From the NCBI GenBank assembly GCA_002709045.1, contig PAPJ01000029.1, forward strand, positions 1,057 through 65,056: 64,000 bases of DNA, given 5' to 3'. The notes below the pieces were generated by a model. That model searched no databases. It saw nothing but the letters and a program-made list of their open reading frames with translations, and was not told where the DNA came from. The position numbers were made by a program, and so were the translations under genes. Of the stretch, positions 30,163 through 39,569 are shown piece after piece. This stretch comes from Planctomycetaceae bacterium. GTDB taxonomy: Bacteria; Planctomycetota; Planctomycetia; Pirellulales; Pirellulaceae. Within the stretch, counting starts at the first letter, position 1. Each line of letters begins with the position of its first letter.

Positions 30163-31383
30163 TTATAGGTATTTTGCAATGTAGGCTCTGGCCGGTTTTT
30201 CGGAATGGGGATTGCCGGCAATAATTAGCGTAGCTCCGTTTTTCCCCCTTGGCTTGAGTTTTTTTCTGAGTTGTTCGGGTGTGGTATCGACACCGCGTTT
30301 TTTAATTTCCAGTCGTCCGATGTCATGTTGCTTGAGGTGTCGTTTTATCTTCTTTAGGTCAAAGGGCAACTCTTCAAGAATTTCGTAGCATGTACCGCCA
30401 GAGAGTTTACTTGCAAAATCAGATGTGAAGTAAGCGACTCCTGAATGGATATATTGCAGATCGTGAGATAATGCCCAGGACGGAGCCAGTTGACCGGCAA
30501 GAATAGCTGGTTTGGGTTCGTATAGGAACTTGTCAACGGATCCTTTGAGAGGCACATCACGACTGTTGCGTAAGCCTTCATTCGGATAAGAGAACTCCCA
30601 TTTCGGCGTCGCCGATTGGTCGATGGCTAATGCTGTTCGGTAATTCTGCCTGGCATTGTCACATGTAAAAACAGCCAGTTGCTGACGACATTCGTTGCGG
30701 GATTGTATCCAGTATAACTGACATTGAGATTGCCAGTGTTGTGCAATAATGCTTGCGGGTGCGAGTTTTACCGAGAGGCCCTGGAGCGAATTTCCAACCT
30801 GTCGGATCAACTGCTCTAATGTTTCGCCCCCCGGTTGTAATGAGTTTACATCGGTGTGACGCAAACCATCGTAACGTCTGTCAGGATCAATATGTACCCA
30901 GTCAGTATTTAACCGTGACTGTGACGCATCGCCTGTGATGATCTCAACAGTATTCAGATTATTGAGTGTCGCGTTATGTTTTGCGAGGTGACAGAGTTGA
31001 GGATCCAGCTCAACGCCTGTTACGTTATAGCGTGCAGCAAGAGCTTGAAGGTCCCCCCCCATTCCGCAGCACAAGTCGGTTACATGTTTTACTTGAGGGG
31101 CGAGTTTGCTGATCAGAGACGCCTTGAACGCTGCGATTGCTCCATCGGTAGTTTGCTGCAGGCTACGGTCTGTGAATAGCATTTCTGCCGCCAGAGCAAA
31201 GCGTGTTGTGGCCTGTATTCGTAGCCCGATCTGACTGGCAATGAAATGCGTTTGTTCAGAGGAAAACTGCTTGCGCAATCTCATTAGTGTTTTTGCGCGG
31301 ATATTTGCCCCCGTTGTTTCGGCAGAAAGCCCGGCGATTGCATTAAGGGCCTCATCAGAGGTTAACCAGTTGTGATCAAGCAT
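30163..31383 (-). CDS. class I SAM-dependent methyltransferase with C-terminal THUMP-like domain
   Basis: 406 aa with a SAM motif I-like DLCCGMGGD and a following acidic loop (VTGVELD). The domain order is as remembered for THUMP-like methyltransferases. The substrate is unknown. Confidence 0.6.
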   Translation of the reverse strand: MLDHNWLTSDEALNAIAGLSAETTGANIRAKTLMRLRKQFSSEQTHFIASQIGLRIQATTRFALAAEMLFTDRSLQQTTDGAIAAFKASLISKLAPQVKHVTDLCCGMGGDLQALAARYNVTGVELDPQLCHLAKHNATLNNLNTVEIITGDASQSRLNTDWVHIDPDRRYDGLRHTDVNSLQPGGETLEQLIRQVGNSLQGLSVKLAPASIIAQHWQSQCQLYWIQSRNECRQQLAVFTCDNARQNYRTALAIDQSATPKWEFSYPNEGLRNSRDVPLKGSVDKFLYEPKPAILAGQLAPSWALSHDLQYIHSGVAYFTSDFASKLSGGTCYEILEELPFDLKKIKRHLKQHDIGRLEIKKRGVDTTPEQLRKKLKPRGKNGATLIIAGNPHSEKPARAYIAKYL

Positions 31384-31531
31384 TTGCCTAGTATGAAAAC
31401 CAGACAGTCTTTAGACAATATCCCCCAACCTGACTCTTGGTTCGGGTTGACCTGATTTTCCGTGATTTGTTACATTTCTTGGACGCTTCTTTGCGATCAG
31501 GCATACGTCAAACGTGGGTTTTTATATAAAT

Positions 31532-32248
31532 ATGAGTTCAATGCGTTTTTTTATTGTTTTGCTAATTGGCATCTTGATACAGTCAATTGGTTGTAAAAGC
31601 CGCCCAATTGTGAATTGGAATTGGGTAAATGACCGAGCCTGGTCCGAGTGGCGGGATGATGATCGTTATATGACAACGTGGCACGAGAAAGAAAGTTTTC
31701 TGGAAGAGTTGCGTGAAGATGCTGATTCCCTACCAATTCTTGAGCAGCGACGTCATGCGACGGCTTTATCAAAACAAATCAGTCAGGAGCAAGTGCCGGT
31801 TGTGCGTCGGGAACTCGTACGTACATTAGCCCATTTTCATATTGTTGAATCAGAAGCAGGACTGAAGACTGCCATGCAAGACAGTGATTCGGATATTCGA
31901 CTTGTGGCATGCAAAGCCTGGGGAACCAGACCAGGCGATGTTGCCAAAACGGTTTTGTTGACGGCGGTACGCAGCGATGAAGATACTGACGTTCAGTCAG
32001 CTGCATTGAGGGTGCTGGGTAATTTTCAGGGGCAGGATGTATTTGACGAATTGAAGAAGGCGTTGAAAAGCCGTGATCCAGCCGTGCAATATGCAGGAAT
32101 TCAGGGATTGAGGATTTTCACCGGTGAAGATTGGGGAGAAGATCCTGAGACTTGGGTTGCAGGCTTGGAGGGTAAATCTCCAGAGATTATTCATGATGGA
32201 AGTGAATCATTGATCGATGCCTTGCACCCTCGTAATCTGATTCGATAA
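31532..32248 (+). CDS. HEAT-repeat lipoprotein
   Basis: Lipobox-like signal (LIGILIQSIGC). Repeated HEAT-like units include RRELVRTLAHF, DSDIRLVACKAWG, DTDVQSAALRVLG and DPAVQYAGIQGL. The ORF track opens at GTG 31514; Met 31532 was chosen. Confidence 0.65.
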   Translation: MSSMRFFIVLLIGILIQSIGCKSRPIVNWNWVNDRAWSEWRDDDRYMTTWHEKESFLEELREDADSLPILEQRRHATALSKQISQEQVPVVRRELVRTLAHFHIVESEAGLKTAMQDSDSDIRLVACKAWGTRPGDVAKTVLLTAVRSDEDTDVQSAALRVLGNFQGQDVFDELKKALKSRDPAVQYAGIQGLRIFTGEDWGEDPETWVAGLEGKSPEIIHDGSESLIDALHPRNLIR

Positions 32249-32445
32249 TGGCAGGGACTCCGGTAATAGAAACAATGGGAATCTCATCCAACTGCCATTG
32301 CTGAAAAGGATCGGAGGCCTTACTATTGAGCCTGTTTTACTGCTTTTGCTCGTGTTTTGTCTTGATCGGTGATACTCAGGTGAAAGTAGGCATCCTGCCG
32401 GAGGAGTCCTCCTCGTAAATATTTATTTATAGATTATCGAACATC

Positions 32446-33378
32446 GTGCCCAGCAAGTTTCGAGAACCATTCGCAACACTATATAAACAGGCGGCTAAGT
32501 TGCGTCAGGCCTCTGCTGCCGATGCGCTGTTGTTGTTACTTGATACAACAGCAGACTGGGCAGCATTGCGAAAGGCGGGACGGCATAATCTGATTCTCTG
32601 CGTCGCTCAGCAGGCGGAGTACCTAGAAGGTGCAGAGGAGCACGGTCTTACTCCTGTGCTTCTTGAAGCAGATGATATTCCAGTACAGGAATTAATGGAA
32701 ACAGCTCTGCTCGAGTGTGTTGCTAACGACATACTGGAAGCAGGTTCTCAGGTGGTTGCCGTATATTCGGGTTTCCATAGTGATATGCATGATAGTATCT
32801 CACTCATTCGGCTGGATGAGCATTTAGGAAGATTGACTGCTAAGGATCTCAGAAAATTAGAAACACGGGTGCCTCTTGAAACCTTAAAGTCGGTTGTGGA
32901 TCTGGCTGTGGAAATCGGTTTTGAAGGTCGTGAGGGAAAACCTGTAGGTACTTTGTTTGTCGTAGGCGATGCCCGCAATGTGCTGGAGCATTGTCACCCG
33001 GCAGGTTTTGATCCGGTACGTGGATATAAGAAGAACGATCGAAACATTAAAGATGCGCGGATACGTGATGCGGTCAAGGAAATTGCTCAGCTTGATGGAG
33101 CGATGGTGATTGGGAGTGATGGCGCTATAGAACGCTCTTGTCAAATCATTCAGGTCAACGCGACAAGTTTAACCTTGTCAAAAGGATTAGGGGCAAGACA
33201 CTGGGCTGCAGCTTCGATCTCCAAAGTCACTAAAGCGATTTCCGTCGTTGTGAGCGAATCCAACGGAACCGTTCGTTTGTTTCAGGATGGTGAAGTGGTA
33301 CTGCGTATCGAACCGATGCGGCGTGCTATGAAATGGCGTGAATTTGATTTTGACCCACCGATTTCCTCTTCAGAATAA
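32446..33378 (+). CDS. DAC (DisA_N) domain protein, putative diadenylate cyclase with uncharacterised N-terminal domain
   Basis: 310 aa with a GTG start. The C-terminal half reads GTLFVVGD…LDGAMVIGSDGAI…LGARHWAAASIS…AISVVVSESNGTVRLFQDG. This matches the DGA and (G/T)RHR…VVSE…G blocks of DisA_N, with RHW in place of RHR. Confidence 0.7.
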   Translation: MPSKFREPFATLYKQAAKLRQASAADALLLLLDTTADWAALRKAGRHNLILCVAQQAEYLEGAEEHGLTPVLLEADDIPVQELMETALLECVANDILEAGSQVVAVYSGFHSDMHDSISLIRLDEHLGRLTAKDLRKLETRVPLETLKSVVDLAVEIGFEGREGKPVGTLFVVGDARNVLEHCHPAGFDPVRGYKKNDRNIKDARIRDAVKEIAQLDGAMVIGSDGAIERSCQIIQVNATSLTLSKGLGARHWAAASISKVTKAISVVVSESNGTVRLFQDGEVVLRIEPMRRAMKWREFDFDPPISSSE

Positions 33379-34044
33379 TCAGCTGATTGCATGGATTGCC
33401 GACAGCGGTATGCCAATATCAAGTACGATGACATCGCCCGTATAATTACGGGCATTTTTTTTAAAAAATCCTGTTTTCGCAGCAACCATCGTGAGTGTTT
33501 GCTGAGCATGAAACGTCGGTGAGGCAGCTTCTCCGGTATCGCAATCTAATCCTGAGGGAATATCGATTGCGACTTTGTAGGCAGGTTGTTTATTAGCCCA
33601 CTCGATAGCCTCAGCAAACGGCGTTCGAGGTATACCCCGCCCTCCGGTTCCAATCAGACAGTCTGCAATTGCCGTTTCTTCAGAGACGTTCAGGGTATTG
33701 AGTGTTTTAGTGAGATTATCCGCGTTGCCAAACTGGATTATGGAAGGCAGTTTGGTTAGGATTTCGAAATTGATTTTAGCATCCCCGGTTAAGGTTACAG
33801 GATCAACCAGAAGAATCGTGATGGCAGGGATCTCCCGAGTTAGCAGGTGTCGGGCAATGACGAATCCGTCACCGCCATTATTACCCTTACCGCAGAGAAG
33901 AATTACCGAGTCGAAGTTATGTGTTTCAAGAACATCAGTGCAGGCCCGACCGGCGTTTTCCATTAGCGTTAGACCGCTAATGCCGAGTTGTTCGGTTGCC
34001 AGATGGTCGACGTTACGGCTTTGCTGTCGATTGAGAGTTGTCAT
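33379..34044 (-). CDS. nnrE: NAD(P)H-hydrate epimerase (YjeF N-terminal domain only)
   Basis: 221 aa with LCGKGNNGGDGFV and DCLIGTGGRG motifs. There is no fused carbohydrate-kinase (NnrD) domain. Confidence 0.85.
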   Translation of the reverse strand: MTTLNRQQSRNVDHLATEQLGISGLTLMENAGRACTDVLETHNFDSVILLCGKGNNGGDGFVIARHLLTREIPAITILLVDPVTLTGDAKINFEILTKLPSIIQFGNADNLTKTLNTLNVSEETAIADCLIGTGGRGIPRTPFAEAIEWANKQPAYKVAIDIPSGLDCDTGEAASPTFHAQQTLTMVAAKTGFFKKNARNYTGDVIVLDIGIPLSAIHAIS

Positions 34045-34097
34045 GTGAATTTATAATTGACTTGCTGTTTTTATTAAATTGTATATATCAAGGAAAT

Positions 34098-34128
34098 GAG
34101 GCGTTACGATTTAGGATCGTAACGCCTC
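34098..34128 (-). terminator. intrinsic terminator-like hairpin after the 454-aa secreted protein gene
   Basis: Perfect 13-bp arms: gaggcgttacgat (34098-34110) and atcgtaacgcctc (34116-34128), with a 5-nt loop. It lies about 100 nt downstream of the stop at 34231 and upstream of nnrE. Confidence 0.6.
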
Positions 34129-34230
34129 AGCCAATCGCTCCCAGACGCTTCATCAAAGCTGTTATTGACCCGTCGAGTTAACCCTGACGATTTTTGTTCT
34201 GGAAGGCGAGTTTATTTTTTAGGGGTTTTC

Positions 34231-35595
34231 TTAAGGGATGATGAACACTCCTCCCAGTATTGATCCGGCCTGAATCAAAGCTGCTTTTTTGCTGATGGGG
34301 AATGCTGGCCTGATTCGCGGAGCAGGACTTCCGGGACGGTGGTAACCAAGTGCATACCGGCATTCATTCCAGGGGTGAATACCCATGTGGTACGGTAAAA
34401 TAGCAATATTCGTGAAGAAATGGGCTCCGGATCGCATCGGTTGTAACCATGGCCCAAGTGTGTGGCCATGTCGTTCTAACTGAGCGTCTTCAAAGTAGAT
34501 TGGTTTGTGTACTGCGGCTGCAGCTCGCCAATGAAAATTTAATGACTCCCAGGCTCGTTGCTCATAAGGGCTATTGTCGATACGGCACTGTTTTGGAAAT
34601 CCCCAGGCATCAGCAATGTAACATATGTCATCCACGCTAAGCTCATTGATAGGCAGAGCCGTTAGTTTACCGTCGCTGCCTTTGATGTGTACGTTGCTGT
34701 ATGCATAGTCCGCAAGTTGTCCTTCTGCTAATACTTGTCCGCTTCGGTTCCGCCACTTGCGTACTTCCTGCTGGAGTTTAGGTGGTTTTTGATCGAGATT
34801 TGGTTTGTAGCTGGGGGAAATGTCCAGAGAGATTTCACTGATAGGCTTGGCGCTAATCAATGTGGCAGCTTTTTCACAATCAGGAGTTCCACAGTTTCTG
34901 GGGTTCAGTGGAGCAACGCCTTTAATCGCAGCACCTGCAGGTGCTGCCAGTGGGTCTAAAACACCTTGTTGCGGAATCGGAACATTGGGTAATGCCGGAC
35001 CGTCTTCGGTAGCTTCCGCCGGTTGTGTTTCATTAAGTTTGACAGGCTCTGCTTGTTCCGCTTCGACTGGTTGTTTCTGCTCAGTAGTGTCCTGACCAAG
35101 CAAAAAGACGGGAGGACTGTTAACCGAAGGTGCCGGATCAGAAATCTGAGGCTGGAATCTATCCGTGTCTTCCACAGCTGACTGAGTATTTGATTGTTGT
35201 TGTGAATTCTGATTAGCCTTGATTTCAATGATTGGCGGGAAACTGTCAGTTTCTTCGGTCTGTCCTGAAGTCACCGCATTGTTTGCTGATCCCTGAAGTG
35301 TCGCTGTTTGGACTATCAAAGGATTTGTACCAGCAGTGACTTCTTTGATTGAAGAAATCCGAGTGGTAACTTCCGATGATGTGACACGCAGTCGAGTCGT
35401 GGATGGATTTCGCATCGTCCCCGGGGTGGTTCTTGTCGTCCTGATACGGATCGGAGTGTCTGCCGACGCAGGGGATTGAATTGCAATTAATAGAAATAAG
35501 ACGCCTGCTGCGGCGGTTAGCAAACTAGCTATTGTCACTGCCGGCAGATTGGTCCGGACTGTAATTTGGAGATTCCTGAGTAATTGCGATGTCAT
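34231..35595 (-). CDS. secreted hypothetical protein with SHD1-like module and conserved C-terminal domain
   Basis: 454 aa with a signal/anchor ([29 protein letters not shown]) and a long T/P/Q-rich spacer. The SHD1-like stretch reads [45 protein letters not shown]. The C-terminal block is [13 protein letters not shown]. Confidence 0.7.
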   Translation of the reverse strand: MTSQLLRNLQITVRTNLPAVTIASLLTAAAGVLFLLIAIQSPASADTPIRIRTTRTTPGTMRNPSTTRLRVTSSEVTTRISSIKEVTAGTNPLIVQTATLQGSANNAVTSGQTEETDSFPPIIEIKANQNSQQQSNTQSAVEDTDRFQPQISDPAPSVNSPPVFLLGQDTTEQKQPVEAEQAEPVKLNETQPAEATEDGPALPNVPIPQQGVLDPLAAPAGAAIKGVAPLNPRNCGTPDCEKAATLISAKPISEISLDISPSYKPNLDQKPPKLQQEVRKWRNRSGQVLAEGQLADYAYSNVHIKGSDGKLTALPINELSVDDICYIADAWGFPKQCRIDNSPYEQRAWESLNFHWRAAAAVHKPIYFEDAQLERHGHTLGPWLQPMRSGAHFFTNIAILPYHMGIHPWNECRYALGYHRPGSPAPRIRPAFPISKKAALIQAGSILGGVFIIP

Positions 35596-36997
35596 GAGGA
35601 TGGCTTTCCCGAATACTGGCCGCTGTTACTCGGATAAACCGAGCATCATTGCGCAGGCCTTCTATGGTGAACGCGCCACAGTATCCCATACCTGCACGTA
35701 GTCCACCGACCAATTGGTATACAAAGTCTGCCAGATCGCCTTTGAAAGGAACACGTCCTTCCACACCTTCCGGAACAAGCTTGCCGTTTCCACTCTGGCG
35801 GTAACGCTCACTCGAACCTTTGACCATCGCGCCCATGGATCCCATGCCGCGATAGGCCTTGAAGGTACGACCTTGGTAGAGGATTAATCGTCCAGGACTT
35901 TCAGAAAGTCCTGCAAAAAGTCCTCCAATCATGACAGAATTTGCTCCGGCAACAATTGCTTTGGCAATATCGCCGGAAAACCGAATGCCACCATCCGCAA
36001 TAATCGGTATGCCGGCATCTTTAGCTGCTTTCGCAGCCTCATAAATGGCTGTGACCTGTGGAACACCAACACCTGAAACGACACGAGTCGTACAGATCGA
36101 ACCTGGGCCAATTCCAACCTTGACGGCATCTGCTCCGGCATCGATCAGATCTTTAGCACCTGTCTGTGTGGCAACGTTTCCAGCTACCACATCGATATTC
36201 CACTGTTTTTTTATTTCTTTGACCGTCTGAATGACGTTCTTCGAATGGCCATGAGCACTATCGACAATTAAAACGTCAACACCTTTATTGATCAGACTTT
36301 CGGCTCTTTCAAAACCAAAAACGCCGATCGCCGCTCCAACACGCAGACGACCAAGATGGTCTTTGCACGCGTCCGGGAACTGTTTCATCATGTCGATGTC
36401 TTTGATCGTAATCAGTCCGGTCAGTTTGAATGAATCGTCCACAAGAAGCAGTTTCTCCACTTTTTTTGCAGTTAAAATCTGCTCCGCTTCTTCTAGAGTG
36501 ACAGCACCTTTGGCAGTCACCAGATTTTCCTTTGTCATGACCCCGGAAACCGCCTGAGATGTGTCTTCGAGGAACCGCAGGTCTCGACGAGTTAGGATAC
36601 CTACAAGCTTCCCATCGGCTTCAGTAATAGGGACGCCGGAAACATTATGTTGTTCCATTAGTTGACGAGCATCACCGACGTTAGCCGTCGGTTCCAGTGT
36701 TACCGGATCAACAATGATACCGTTGGCACTTCTTTTTACTTTATTGACTTCGTCAGTCTGACCTTCGACGGACATATTCTTGTGAATAACACCAATTCCC
36801 CCCATCTTGGCCAGTGCGATTGCCATCGCATGCTCTGTGACGGTATCCATCGGAGAACTAATAAGAGGTATATTTAGCTGGATGTTTCTGGTTAGCTTAG
36901 TCCGCACGTCAGCATCAGATGGTACTATTTCACTGTAAGCTGGTTCCAATAGGACATCATCAAAAGTGATTGCCGTTAATCTGATTTTATCTTCCAT
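35525..36997 (-). CDS. guaB: IMP dehydrogenase
   Basis: 490 aa with a TIM barrel carrying a CBS pair. The catalytic loop is [19 protein letters not shown] and GSMGAM are also present. Confidence 0.95.
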   Translation of the reverse strand: MEDKIRLTAITFDDVLLEPAYSEIVPSDADVRTKLTRNIQLNIPLISSPMDTVTEHAMAIALAKMGGIGVIHKNMSVEGQTDEVNKVKRSANGIIVDPVTLEPTANVGDARQLMEQHNVSGVPITEADGKLVGILTRRDLRFLEDTSQAVSGVMTKENLVTAKGAVTLEEAEQILTAKKVEKLLLVDDSFKLTGLITIKDIDMMKQFPDACKDHLGRLRVGAAIGVFGFERAESLINKGVDVLIVDSAHGHSKNVIQTVKEIKKQWNIDVVAGNVATQTGAKDLIDAGADAVKVGIGPGSICTTRVVSGVGVPQVTAIYEAAKAAKDAGIPIIADGGIRFSGDIAKAIVAGANSVMIGGLFAGLSESPGRLILYQGRTFKAYRGMGSMGAMVKGSSERYRQSGNGKLVPEGVEGRVPFKGDLADFVYQLVGGLRAGMGYCGAFTIEGLRNDARFIRVTAASIRESHPHDIAITQESPNYSPDQSAGSDNS

Positions 36998-37197
36998 TGT
37001 GGTACTAAATCCTGCTGATTGGCCTGTGTTTCAAACTGAATAAATAAGTTGAAATTTAGGCTGTGAGTGCCTCCATTAGGAAAAATGTGATGACAAATTA
37101 TGGTCGCATTAAGAGCTTTTGACAACGTAATGAATGCAAAAATGTTTTAAATAGCGACAGATTCCACTGGTGAACGCCGGGAATCGGACAAATTCTC

Positions 37198-38013
37198 TTA
37201 CTGAGCGTCAGAATTTTTATCTTCTTTACCACGAATTGTGGTTGCTGAGCCAATGCCGTAGTCCAGCAAGGAAAGGATGGTTTTGGAGGTTATGACATCC
37301 TCAGCATTGGTTTGTGTGATTTCCTGAGCAATTATCCCCCCCGGCACATCTCCACAGAAGAGTTCGTCAGTTCGAATCCGACTGCCGTTTTGCTCATGAA
37401 CCGTTACGACTCGACTTACTTGCATTTGTTTTCCCAGAATCTCTTTGGTCAATCCGTATTCAACGACATTGGAGGTTGTCTTGTACTCAACTTCTCCTTT
37501 TTTGTTGGTAAACAACGTTTCCCGACGCAAAACGCTCGGCATGGTTTCCTTGGAGACAAAGACTTTACTAACACGCTTACCTTTTTTTGTGGAATATTGC
37601 ACGCTGAAGACTTCCACAGGCATTTCATAATCACCAATTTTGATTGTCGCTTTTTCAACGGCTTCAGAAAATCCTTCCCCTTTCGTGTTGATTTCACGTT
37701 TAATACGATCTTTCGACTGGTTAACGCGTTGCTCACCAATTTTCACCGTAGATTCGACGCTGAGCGTATATTGATTACGATTGGATTCAAGTAATTCCGT
37801 TGTTGTCAGGGAGATTACTTCGGATGTGACTTTTCCTGTCACATCAAGCAAACTTTGAGAAACGCGGACCGACTTCCAACTTTCCGGTTGGAAGCGAGCC
37901 CAGGCATGATTATCTTTTGAGCGCAGCCATTCCTGAGCATTTCCCGTGGTCGGAAAACTGCAGTTCATTGCCAGAAGCAATGACGTAAACCAGGTAAAGC
38001 TCTTTTTGTTCAT
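37198..38013 (-). CDS. secreted hypothetical protein
   Basis: The start is set at Met45 of the 315-aa ORF (MNKKSFTWFTSLLLAMNCSFPTTGNAQE is a signal peptide). The longer ORF would overlap the selA 3' end. Confidence 0.65.
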   Translation of the reverse strand: MNKKSFTWFTSLLLAMNCSFPTTGNAQEWLRSKDNHAWARFQPESWKSVRVSQSLLDVTGKVTSEVISLTTTELLESNRNQYTLSVESTVKIGEQRVNQSKDRIKREINTKGEGFSEAVEKATIKIGDYEMPVEVFSVQYSTKKGKRVSKVFVSKETMPSVLRRETLFTNKKGEVEYKTTSNVVEYGLTKEILGKQMQVSRVVTVHEQNGSRIRTDELFCGDVPGGIIAQEITQTNAEDVITSKTILSLLDYGIGSATTIRGKEDKNSDAQ

Positions 38014-38126
38014 GCGTAAAATAGATTGTATTCTAAAATATGATTTTCGGATGACCTGTGCGAGCAAGATCAGAGATCTTTCTTCATTGTTCCATAGTAC
38101 GGTTGGAAGAGACCAAATGCCATAGA

Positions 38127-39563
38127 TTAATTGCGATTGAGGCAATCGAAAGTTTGAACTATTTGTTCATCCTGAGCGGCAAAAACGCTTCGCAGATCCA
38201 GACGAAATTCATCCTGTTTAATTCTTCCCAGAATAGCGGTGTCCGCGGTCCTAAGGGCCTCTGATAATCCGTCATGTGATAGTTTCTTGTGCTTAACTGA
38301 AATCGTCCATGTTTTGATTTCCTGCGTTGGTACACTCCCTCCACCAAAATAGGTCACATCTTCGGCCGTTGCTGCATGAAAATCCGATAACTGATTTAAT
38401 CTGGCGGCCAAAACTTCTGCTCGCTTATGTAGATTGTCTAAAGGTTCACTAAGTAACTGGAGAACCGGAATTCGTTCGGTTGGATTTGACGAAAGGTACA
38501 GATCCAGAGTGGCGTTGAGTGCTGCCAGAATGGTTTTGTCCAGTCGTAGAGCGCGCATCATGGGGTGTCTGCTGATTTTGCTGACAGCCTCACGGTTACC
38601 AATAATGATTCCACATTGTGGACCACCCAATAGCTTGTCCCCGCTAAACAATACGATGTCTGCCCCTGCTTTCAGGCTTTGAGCAGCCAAAGGTTCGTCT
38701 TTGATTCCAAGTTTCGCAAAGTCGTAAAGGGCTCCTGAACCAATATCATCGACGACGCTGACATGATCGTGTCTGGATGCTACTTTGACCAGTTCTTCAA
38801 TCGGCGTTGCCTGGCTGAAACCGGTAATCTGGTAGTTGCTGCAGTGAACTTTCATTAGGACGGCAGTTTGCTCACTGATGGCATTTTCATAGTCGGCGGC
38901 ACGTGTTTTGTTTGTTGTTCCAACTTCACAAAGCGTGGCCTGACTCATTTTCATAACATCAGGCATGCGAAAACTACCGCCGATTTCCACCAGTTCCCCA
39001 CGTGAAACGACAGTTTCTTTACCACCCGAGAGAGCTGCCAGGGTAAGCATCGTAGCACCAGCATTGTTGTTAACTACTGCGGCGGCGGAGCCTCCAAAGA
39101 GTGTCAGTAGTTTTTGCTCAACGGCTTCAACCCGTTCGGATCTTTTGCCTGTATTCAAATTGATTTCCAGACTGGAATACCCCTGACCTGTTTCAACCAT
39201 TGCCTGGACCGCTTCGGTGGCCAGCGGTGCCCGCCCAAGCCCCGTGTGCAGAATAATGCCGGTGGCATTAATGCAGTACTGCAACGATGTACCGTAAACT
39301 AATTTAACCTTTTCAGCGATTATCTGAATCAGGTGATTCTGATTAACATCATGCGTGTTGTGAGCAAGGATGTTGCTACGCAACTGTTCAATTGCGGCGC
39401 GAGTTGCCTCGACAACGACACGATTATGTGTCGCCGCGAGCAGATCTTTAATTGCCGGAGTATCCAGCAATTCGCTGACAGACGGGATGTTTCGTAATAG
39501 ATCATTCATGACTTTTGGGGATTTAGATTCCTTTATTTTCAATCCCATGGACGGATAGGACAA
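38127..39563 (-). CDS. selA: L-seryl-tRNA(Sec) selenium transferase
   Basis: 478 aa. Motifs are GSFRMPDVM, EVGTTNKTR and the PLP-lysine block FSGDKLLGGPQCGIIIG, which compares closely with E. coli SelA. Confidence 0.92.
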   Translation of the reverse strand: MSYPSMGLKIKESKSPKVMNDLLRNIPSVSELLDTPAIKDLLAATHNRVVVEATRAAIEQLRSNILAHNTHDVNQNHLIQIIAEKVKLVYGTSLQYCINATGIILHTGLGRAPLATEAVQAMVETGQGYSSLEINLNTGKRSERVEAVEQKLLTLFGGSAAAVVNNNAGATMLTLAALSGGKETVVSRGELVEIGGSFRMPDVMKMSQATLCEVGTTNKTRAADYENAISEQTAVLMKVHCSNYQITGFSQATPIEELVKVASRHDHVSVVDDIGSGALYDFAKLGIKDEPLAAQSLKAGADIVLFSGDKLLGGPQCGIIIGNREAVSKISRHPMMRALRLDKTILAALNATLDLYLSSNPTERIPVLQLLSEPLDNLHKRAEVLAARLNQLSDFHAATAEDVTYFGGGSVPTQEIKTWTISVKHKKLSHDGLSEALRTADTAILGRIKQDEFRLDLRSVFAAQDEQIVQTFDCLNRN

Positions 39564-39569
39564 GGGGAT

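Noticed and set aside
38014-38145. Upstream 44 codons of ORF 37198..38145
   Set aside because: The extension overlaps the selA 3' end and precedes a textbook signal peptide starting at Met45, so the shorter CDS was adopted. The same logic was applied to rsmA (51589-51705 overlaps ribE).
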